A stretch of DNA of 64,000 nt from NCBI GenBank assembly GCA_027021705.1, contig JALUTT010000002.1, forward strand, positions 11,650 to 75,649, given 5' to 3'. This document shows positions 56,879 through 64,000 of the stretch, piece after piece. The stretch comes from Anaerolineae bacterium. Lineage in GTDB: Bacteria > Chloroflexota > Anaerolineae > S140-20. The stretch's first letter is position 1. Every line of letters begins with the position of its first letter. The notes under the pieces are model-generated. The model had not been told where the DNA came from. It was given only the letters and a program-made list of their open reading frames with translations, and searched no databases. The position numbers were made by a program, and so were the translations under genes.

Positions 56879-57404
56879 AGCTCCCTCCTCGCTTCTACGG
56901 TCTACTTCTTCTCGGTCTGCTCGTCGGATTTATCCACCCCGTCCATCCTATTAGCGCGGGGGTTCAGCCCCGCGCGTTGGGCCTCGCTCCCTGCCCCTTG
57001 TGACCTGTCACGTACCCCACCCCATTGTAGCACAGCGGTGCAATCATCGCAAGGCCCCACCGTAGTCCATCCCCCCGCTCACTTGTGGGTAATCACCCAT
57101 TCGAAAACCGGTGATTGCTCATATCTTTGGAGATAGGGAGACTGGCCGTCCACGAATAGGGCACGAATACACGAATTAAGGACCGCCTCATTCGTGCATT
57201 GGTGAGAAACTCGTGGACGGCCTGCCACGGACCACTCTCTCGCTCACTTGTGGGTAATCATCGGTTCAAAACCCTTGCCCGGAAGGCGAGAATGGAGTAC
57301 AATATCTTTACCATCTTTACCGATGAAGCCTTGTCCCCAGTCCTCACGTTGATCCCTCGGAACGGACCGCACTCTACATCCTGGCGAGCACCAAGGAGGT
57401 TGCT

Positions 57405-57794
57405 ATGGCCGAAGTCCCTGCACCGGAGATCACGGACAACGATCGGTTGCTGGCGGCAATTGCCTATCCGATCCCTCTGGTCGCCCTGATCATTCTGTTG
57501 GTCGAGGATATGCGCGGACGGGCTTTCCAGAAGTACCACGCCGTTCAGGCGTTGACCTATGCTGTTGCCGTTTTTGTGGTCTTTGTCGCCCTCTTCTGTG
57601 TCCAGGTGGCCACCACTGCTGTTCTGGACATTGGGGTCATCCGCTTCCTGCTGAACTGCCTCTGCCTGGGCATCTACCTTATCCCCTTCTTGGGAGCCCT
57701 CTGGTTCGCCTATCAGGCCTATCAGGGTGAATACTTGGAAATCCCTGTCCTCACCGATCTCCTGAAGCAGCAGGGCTGGATCGAAGGCCGGTAA
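57405..57794 (+). CDS. DUF4870-like membrane protein
   Basis: DRLLAAIAY, KYHAVQA and AYQGEYLEIP motifs; SD AAGGAGG. Confidence 0.8.
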   Translation: MAEVPAPEITDNDRLLAAIAYPIPLVALIILLVEDMRGRAFQKYHAVQALTYAVAVFVVFVALFCVQVATTAVLDIGVIRFLLNCLCLGIYLIPFLGALWFAYQAYQGEYLEIPVLTDLLKQQGWIEGR

Positions 57795-57814
57795 CTCGAG
57801 GAGGGTGAGGAACG

Positions 57815-59527
57815 GTGCATCCAGCCCAGAGCAAGCGCTGGCGGGTCCTCCCGCCAGCGCCCCCTGACTTCCTCCGCCGCTTCGCCGACTTCCATCCCCT
57901 CCTCGCTCAGGTGCTCTACAGCCGAGGCCTCACCGATCCCCGCCAAGCTCGGCGCTTCCTGACCGGTGGGGAGCCGGGGGCGAGCCCCTTCTTCCTGGCC
58001 GATATGGACCGGGCGGTCGCCCGACTGCGACGGGCGATCCGGGCCGGAGAGCCCATCGCCATCTACGGCGATTTCGACGTGGATGGCGTGACGGCCACAG
58101 CCTTGCTGGTGGAGACGCTGCAGGCCCTGGGTGCCCAGGTCATCCCCTACATCCCCCACCGGGTCACGGAGGGGTACGGCCTCAACCCCTATGCCCTGGA
58201 CGAGCTGGCGGAACGAGGGGTGCGGGTCGTGGTCACGGTGGATTGCGGCATTCGATCCCTCAAAGAGGTAGCCCACGGCAGGGCGCGGGGGCTGGAGATC
58301 ATCGTCACCGACCACCATTCCATCGGGCCGGACCTGCCGCCGGCGCTGGCGGTCATTAACCCGAAGCGTCCTGACAACCGCTACCCCTTTCGGGACTTGG
58401 CCGGCGTCGGGGTGGCCTACAAGCTGGCTCAAGCGCTCCTGATGGTCAACCGGCACAACGACCGCCAGCGGGCGGAACTGGACCCGGTGGAACTGACGGA
58501 CCTGGTTGCCCTGGGAACGGTGGCCGACCTGATGCCGCTGAGGGGTGAGAACCGCTACTTGGTCCGGCAAGGGCTGCGGCAGATCAACGCCCGCGAACGT
58601 CCGGGGCTGGAGGCGCTGATCCGGCGGGCCGGCTACGCCGAGAAGGAGGTGAACGCCACTGCCATCGGTTACGTCTTGGGGCCGCGCATCAACGCCGCCG
58701 GCCGCTTAGACCACGCCCGCAAGGCGCTCCAGCTCCTCATCGCCCGCTACCCGGGTGAGGTGGAGCACCTGGCCGACGAGTTGAACGACTTGAACCGCCG
58801 CCGCCAGCAGATCACTCAGGAGACCTACGAGATCGCCCGGGAGCAGGCCCTGGCCGAGGACCCCCAGGCCCCGCTCATCTTCGCTGCCTCGGAGCGCTTC
58901 TTGGAGGGGGTGGTGGGATTGGCAGCGGGACGGCTGGTGGAGGAGTTCTACCGGCCCTCGGTCGTCGTGCGCATCGGCGAGCGGGAGAGCCGGGGGTCCG
59001 CCCGCTCCATCCCCGAGTTCCACATCACCCGTGCCCTCGACGCTTGCGTGGGGCTGTTGGAGCAGCACGGCGGGCACGCGGCAGCGGCCGGCTTCACCGT
59101 CCGCAGCGAGAACCTGCCTGCCCTGGCCCAGGCTCTCAAGGATCTGGCCGCGGAGGCCCTCTCCGATCGGGACCTCCAGCCCACCCTGGAGATTGATGCC
59201 GAGGTCCCCCTCTCCGCCCTCACCCCTGCCCTCTACGAGGACCTGGCCCGGCTGGAGCCCTGTGGGGAAGAGAATCCGCCGCCCCTCTTCCTGAGCCGCA
59301 ACGTCCAGGTGGTCCGGGCCCGGACCGTTGGTTCCGCCGATGCTCACCTGAAGCTGAGCCTCACCGATGGGCGGGTCGTCTGGGATGCCATTGCCTTCCG
59401 CCAGGGAGCGTGGCTGGGGGAACTCCCCTCTCGTCTCGACGTGGTCTACCATCTAGAGGTCAATGAGTGGAATGGGGCCCGCTACCTTCAACTGAACGTT
59501 CAGGACCTGCGACCGGGAGGGAAGTGA
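57815..59527 (+). CDS. recJ: Single-stranded-DNA-specific exonuclease RecJ
   Basis: GDFDVDG, TVDCG, TDHH, PRINAAGR and GGHAAAAG motifs. Confidence 0.97.
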   Translation: MHPAQSKRWRVLPPAPPDFLRRFADFHPLLAQVLYSRGLTDPRQARRFLTGGEPGASPFFLADMDRAVARLRRAIRAGEPIAIYGDFDVDGVTATALLVETLQALGAQVIPYIPHRVTEGYGLNPYALDELAERGVRVVVTVDCGIRSLKEVAHGRARGLEIIVTDHHSIGPDLPPALAVINPKRPDNRYPFRDLAGVGVAYKLAQALLMVNRHNDRQRAELDPVELTDLVALGTVADLMPLRGENRYLVRQGLRQINARERPGLEALIRRAGYAEKEVNATAIGYVLGPRINAAGRLDHARKALQLLIARYPGEVEHLADELNDLNRRRQQITQETYEIAREQALAEDPQAPLIFAASERFLEGVVGLAAGRLVEEFYRPSVVVRIGERESRGSARSIPEFHITRALDACVGLLEQHGGHAAAAGFTVRSENLPALAQALKDLAAEALSDRDLQPTLEIDAEVPLSALTPALYEDLARLEPCGEENPPPLFLSRNVQVVRARTVGSADAHLKLSLTDGRVVWDAIAFRQGAWLGELPSRLDVVYHLEVNEWNGARYLQLNVQDLRPGGK

Positions 59528-59528
59528 A

Positions 59529-60485
59529 ATGCGGGTGTTGGTCACCGGAGGGGCCGGTTTCATCGGCAGCCACCTCTGCGAGGCGCTGCTGGCGCGGGGG
59601 GACGAGGTGGTCTGCCTGGACAACTTCAACGACTACTACGATCCGGCCCGCAAGCGGGCCAACGTTGCGGCCTTCATCACCCATCCCCGCTGCTCCTTGG
59701 TGGAGGCCGACGTGCGGGATCGGGAGGGATTGGCGGCCCTCTTCGAGAGGGTGGGAGGCTTCGACGCCATCGCCCACTTGGCCGCGATGGCCGGCGTCCG
59801 GGCCTCGGTCCCCCGGGCCGTCCTCTACACCGAGGTCAATGTGCTGGGGACCGTTCACCTGCTCGACCTGGCACGGGACTATGGCGTTGGCAACTTCGTC
59901 TTTGCCTCCACCTCGTCGGTCTACGGGCGGACCCGGCGGCTTCCCTTCGTCGAGGACGACGTGGCCGACCGCCCGCTGGCCCCCTATCCGGCGACGAAAC
60001 GGGCCTGTGAGATGATGGGACACGCTTACCACAACATGCACGGGCTGAACTTCACCGCCCTCCGGTTCTTCAGCGTCTACGGTCCCCGGGGGCGGCCCGA
60101 CATGATGCCCTATCGTATCGTGCATCGGCTGGTGCACGACCAGATCATCACGCTCTTCGAAGGGGGGCGGATGCGCCGCGACTGGACCTACGTGGACGAC
60201 ATCGTGCAGGGGGTGGTGGCCGCTCTGGACCGCCCCCTGGGCTACGAGGTGATCAACCTGGGGCGGGGGGAGCCGATCTGGATGGACCGGTTCGTCCGCA
60301 TCCTGGAGGCGTTGGTGGGGAAGAAGGCCCGGCTGGAGACGCCGCCGGCGCCGGCCAGCGAACCGCCGGTCACCTACGCCGACATCGGTAAGGCCCGACG
60401 ACTGTTGGACTACCGCCCTATGACGTCGGTGGAGGAAGGGTTGGCCCGCCTCTGGGCCTGGTATCAGGCGGAGATGGGGGTGTAG
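59529..60485 (+). CDS. NAD-dependent nucleotide-sugar epimerase (UDP-glucuronate 4-epimerase-like)
   Basis: TGGAGFIG, HLAAMAGVR, YPATK and RFFSVYGPRGRPDM motifs. Confidence 0.92.
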   Translation: MRVLVTGGAGFIGSHLCEALLARGDEVVCLDNFNDYYDPARKRANVAAFITHPRCSLVEADVRDREGLAALFERVGGFDAIAHLAAMAGVRASVPRAVLYTEVNVLGTVHLLDLARDYGVGNFVFASTSSVYGRTRRLPFVEDDVADRPLAPYPATKRACEMMGHAYHNMHGLNFTALRFFSVYGPRGRPDMMPYRIVHRLVHDQIITLFEGGRMRRDWTYVDDIVQGVVAALDRPLGYEVINLGRGEPIWMDRFVRILEALVGKKARLETPPAPASEPPVTYADIGKARRLLDYRPMTSVEEGLARLWAWYQAEMGV

Positions 60486-60543
60486 CCGGGGCCTCGTCAA
60501 CCACTGGGGGGCACGGCGGCAGAGCGGGCGGGCTGAGAGGAAG

Positions 60544-60580
60544 AGGCCCACCCTGTCGGACAGGCAGGGTGGGCCTTTGT
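60544..60580. terminator. Hairpin between convergent genes
   Basis: AGGCCCACCCTG...CAGGGTGGGCCT followed by TT. Confidence 0.65.
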
Positions 60581-60605
60581 GGTGCAACGAGTCGTTGAGG
60601 GATGG

Positions 60606-62333
60606 TTACGGTTCGATGTAGAGGAAGAAAGTGCCGGTGGTGATCTCCTGACCTTGGGAGACCGGTTCGCTGGCGGCGGCAATGGCCTTCAGGGGCTTCA
60701 GGAAGGGCTTGACCTCCTGGGTGAAATCCTCGAGATCGGCCGGGCCCATCGCCCCTTCGACCAGGTCCATCGTCTCCTGGATGTTGAAGAAGAAGTAGCC
60801 GCCGTTGGGTTTGGGCAGCGGTGCCGTCGCCGCTTTGAAGAGGGCGGCCTGGCCCAGGACCTCGCCTCCCTCCAGGGCGGTCTTCATCCCGTCCGCCGAC
60901 GTGCTCAGGAATAGGAAGCCATCGGCCACAACGTAGCCCAGCACGGGGCTGCCCATAGGCTCGTAGAGGAACGTGACCTCGCGACCCCCAACCTGCTCCT
61001 GGCGGATCTCCACCTCGCCGCTGGCGGCAAAGATGGTCTCCAGCTTCCCCAGGACGTTGGTCATCTTCCCTTCGTCGGAGACCTCGGTGATCAGCATCAC
61101 GCCCAGGGGAACGTCGGGCATCCCCATCAGGCCCTGGGGGTCGGGGAAGAGGATCAAGGCGAACTCACCATCGAGGAGAGGGAGAAGCTCTTCCTCAAGG
61201 TCCAGCCCCAACTGCTCCCGCAGCATCTGAAGGGCGCTGTCCAACTCCTCGGCGGTGCTTGGATCGCTCTGGCGGAGCAGGTCCAGCCCCGTCTGTATGC
61301 TTGTGCCCAGGTTCATCCCAGGGATGTAGAGGATCGTGTTGGCAGGAACCCGGTCGGGGATCTTGTTCGAGGAGGGGCCGGCCTGGAAGGCTTCCTCGGG
61401 GAGCTTGGCCGGATCGTAGACGATGACCGTGTCCATCCGCACGCCGTTGGGCGTGAAGCCCAGGGAGAAGGCCATCGCCTGGAGGGCTTCCGCCTGGGCC
61501 ATCATTTGATCCACTCCAGGAGTGGAAGGCCCGGCCATGCCACTGGTTATCGCCATCTTGGCCAGCCCTAAGATCTGAGCGTAGTCCACATAGGCGAAGC
61601 CAACCCGCTCCATAGGGAGGCTGCCTTGGACCTTGATGAAGGTCTCATCTTGGGCCAGGCTCCGCTTGCCCTTCCAGGCGTCAATGGCGTCCTTCATCGT
61701 CTCGTCGTCGCTGGCAGCAACGACGAAGTTGTTGAAGGTGGCATAGGTGAGGGGCTGCTCCATCTCATCCTCGACCTGTTTGACGTACAGGGTCACGCCC
61801 TGGTAGGTTTCCTCCTGGAAGACGCCTCCCTCTTGCTCTCGCGCCTTGTCGAGGAAGCGACCCGAGGCTTCCGTGTCGTAGGTGGCGATGGCGACGAGGA
61901 AGCTCGGCTCTCCGCCGGAGACGAGGTTCACTCCGGTGACCGCTATGGCGGCCTCGGGACCCAGCCAAGGCTTGATGTCGGCCTCATAGTCGAAGTCGCT
62001 ATCCTCGAAGAGGGCAGCCGGCCAGTTCTCCAGCTTGTCCCCCACGTCCGTTAGATCGCCCCAAGCCCGCTTCAGTAGGTCGAAGTTGTCGGCCTGCTGG
62101 AGGTTGGGGTTGAAGGTGGCGAAGAGGAAGACATCAGGGGGGATGATCTCGGCTGCCCGGCTCTCCTCGCCTTGTTGAAGGAAGGGGAGCAGGGTGGTCA
62201 GTTGATCGCGCATGACGAAAGCGATAGCCCCGCAGGCGATAAGGGCCAGCAGGAGGGCTCCTAACGCCAGCAGGATCACCCGGGTGGTACGTCCTTGGTT
62301 CTGTCCCGATGGAGCTGTACTCAGTTCGCTCAT
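60606..62333 (-). CDS. DUF3352-like membrane-anchored protein
   Basis: N-terminal TM helix; DIKPWLGPEAAIA and ELLPLLDGEFAL internal duplication. Confidence 0.75.
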   Translation of the reverse strand: MSELSTAPSGQNQGRTTRVILLALGALLLALIACGAIAFVMRDQLTTLLPFLQQGEESRAAEIIPPDVFLFATFNPNLQQADNFDLLKRAWGDLTDVGDKLENWPAALFEDSDFDYEADIKPWLGPEAAIAVTGVNLVSGGEPSFLVAIATYDTEASGRFLDKAREQEGGVFQEETYQGVTLYVKQVEDEMEQPLTYATFNNFVVAASDDETMKDAIDAWKGKRSLAQDETFIKVQGSLPMERVGFAYVDYAQILGLAKMAITSGMAGPSTPGVDQMMAQAEALQAMAFSLGFTPNGVRMDTVIVYDPAKLPEEAFQAGPSSNKIPDRVPANTILYIPGMNLGTSIQTGLDLLRQSDPSTAEELDSALQMLREQLGLDLEEELLPLLDGEFALILFPDPQGLMGMPDVPLGVMLITEVSDEGKMTNVLGKLETIFAASGEVEIRQEQVGGREVTFLYEPMGSPVLGYVVADGFLFLSTSADGMKTALEGGEVLGQAALFKAATAPLPKPNGGYFFFNIQETMDLVEGAMGPADLEDFTQEVKPFLKPLKAIAAASEPVSQGQEITTGTFFLYIEP

Positions 62334-62629
62334 CTTGATCTCCTTTCCTTCACGTCCCGCTCTGTTCATCGGTGTTGTGGCTCTTACGGGATAGCTTATC
62401 ACAGGACGGCTTTTCGCGCAAGAGGGGAAGGCTGACGATAGGCTGACAGGAAGCTTCCCGCCATCGCAGGTTGTTTTTCAAGCGGGGGTGAGGTATACTC
62501 CAGGGTGGTTGTCTGTGCCTTTCTGAGCTGCCTGGCATTCCCAGGAATCCTCCCGCAGGTTCCCCCTGCATGGCCTGCGGGAGGGGGAGGCTGTGCCTTT
62601 CGTTGGTCCATCCTCGAGGAGCGGAGAAA

Positions 62630-63985
62630 ATGCAAGGAAAGGGGTGGATAGTGGGCAGATGGATGCTGTTGCTGGGGCTGCTGCTGGCCCTCGTCGTGCC
62701 GGCGGGGGCCGAGGATGCCGGCCGCTCCGTCCTGTTGGTTGAGGCGGAGGGACCCCTCACTCCGGCTATGGTGAGCTACATCCAGCGGGGGGTGCGCACC
62801 GCTGAGGAGCGTGGGGTGGAGGCGATGATCCTGCGGCTGGATACGCCGGGGGGCCAGATTGACTTAATGAACGAGATCATCCAGGCCATCCGGGAAAGCC
62901 GGGTTCCCGTCGTGGTCTACGTGGCTCCCCGGGGTGCCATCGCCGGCTCGGCGGGCACCCTCATCACCCTGGCCGGTCACGCCGCAGCGATGGCCCCGGA
63001 GACGGCCATCGGGGCGGCCAGCCCCGTCGGCGGTAGCGGCGAGGACCTCAACGAGACCCTGGCGCGGAAGGCGAAGGAGGCGTTGAAGGCCCAGGCACGG
63101 GGGTTGGCCGAGCGGCGAGGGGAAGAGGCGGTGAAGCTGGCCGAGGCCGCCATTGAGGAGGCAAAGGCGGTCAGCGCCAGCGAGGCGCTGGAAGCGGGCT
63201 TGGTGGACTTTGTTGCCGACAGTCTTGAGGAACTGCTGGCCCAGCTGGATGGCTTCACCGTGCAGGTCCAGGGGGAAGAGCAGCTCCTGCGCACAGCCGG
63301 TGCCCGCATCGAACGGCTGCCGATGAACCCTATCGAGCAGCTCCTGCACGTGGTGGTCAACCCCAACGTCGTCTTCCTCCTCTTCACCATCGGTGTCCAG
63401 GCCATCCTGATCGAGATCTCCAGCCCCGGCGGATGGGTGGCCGGCTTCATCGGTGTGGTCTGCCTGGCGCTGGGGATCTACGGCATCGGGGTGCTGCCGG
63501 TCAACTGGCTGGGGCTGATCTTCATTGTTGTAGCCTTTGTCCTCTTCGTGTTGGACATCAAAGCCCCGACCCACGGGGCGCTGACGGCGGCGGGGATCGC
63601 CTCGTTGGTGGCCGGTGCGCTGATCCTCTTCAATTCGGCAGGGGCTCCCTCCTACGCCCGCATCTCCGTCCCCTTCGTCCTCGGCGTGGCCGTGACTACG
63701 TCGGCCTTCTTCCTGTTCATCGTGACCAAGGCCATTCAGGCTCAGCGGGCGCCGGCGATGACGGGAGCCCAGGGGCTGGTGGGGGCGACCGCTCGAGTGC
63801 GCAGTGAACTGAACCCTCAGGGCACTGTCTTCCTGATGGGGGAGTACTGGACGGCGGAAGCGGAGGACGGCCCCATCCCCGCCGGAGAGGAGGTCGAGGT
63901 GGTGGGGGTGGAGGGGATCCGGCTGCGGGTGCGGCGCAAGACGAAGGGGGGATGGGACGCGGATGAACGCGGATGGGACGGATGA
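62630..63985 (+). CDS. nfeD: NfeD/STOPP membrane-bound serine protease
   Basis: LDTPGG, AGSAG, IGAASPV and C-terminal GEYWTA OB domain. Confidence 0.93.
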   Translation: MQGKGWIVGRWMLLLGLLLALVVPAGAEDAGRSVLLVEAEGPLTPAMVSYIQRGVRTAEERGVEAMILRLDTPGGQIDLMNEIIQAIRESRVPVVVYVAPRGAIAGSAGTLITLAGHAAAMAPETAIGAASPVGGSGEDLNETLARKAKEALKAQARGLAERRGEEAVKLAEAAIEEAKAVSASEALEAGLVDFVADSLEELLAQLDGFTVQVQGEEQLLRTAGARIERLPMNPIEQLLHVVVNPNVVFLLFTIGVQAILIEISSPGGWVAGFIGVVCLALGIYGIGVLPVNWLGLIFIVVAFVLFVLDIKAPTHGALTAAGIASLVAGALILFNSAGAPSYARISVPFVLGVAVTTSAFFLFIVTKAIQAQRAPAMTGAQGLVGATARVRSELNPQGTVFLMGEYWTAEAEDGPIPAGEEVEVVGVEGIRLRVRRKTKGGWDADERGWDG

Positions 63986-64000
63986 GCGCGGATGGGGGTG

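Overview
High-GC bacterial chromosomal window. The gene repertoire and repeat styles suggest Chloroflexota/Anaerolineae, which is an inference. The left part is a minus-strand Mo-hydroxylase (xanthine dehydrogenase-like)/LLM/lipA/MOSC cluster interrupted by toxin-antitoxin pairs. The centre (about 14.5-30.3 kb) is a sulfur island. It holds ttuBA-like genes, a first operon (regulator-sqr-DUF1641-tusE-dsrE) and a second operon (paralogous regulator-triheme cytochrome c-YeeE-YeeE-psrABC-cytochrome b-multiheme cytochrome c-Rieske). The second YeeE gene has an in-frame UGA at the conserved Cys position followed by a SECIS-like hairpin, so it is a probable selenoprotein. Both operons are headed by Xis-like HTH-PocR regulators and share an upstream CRP-like palindrome plus 9-bp-periodic nGCA repeats. 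The right part has housekeeping and envelope genes (galT, cinA, glnA, mobB, recJ, nfeD, a yvl-like operon), tRNA-Pro and tRNA-Asp. A 122-bp MITE occurs three times, two copies with perfect 8-bp target duplications, and one copy rewrites the menA C-terminus. Its 13-bp inverted arms, with identical 69-nt spacing but an unrelated core, also form each unit of a 7 x 111-bp tandem array. All product calls come from motif recognition by eye; no database searches were run.
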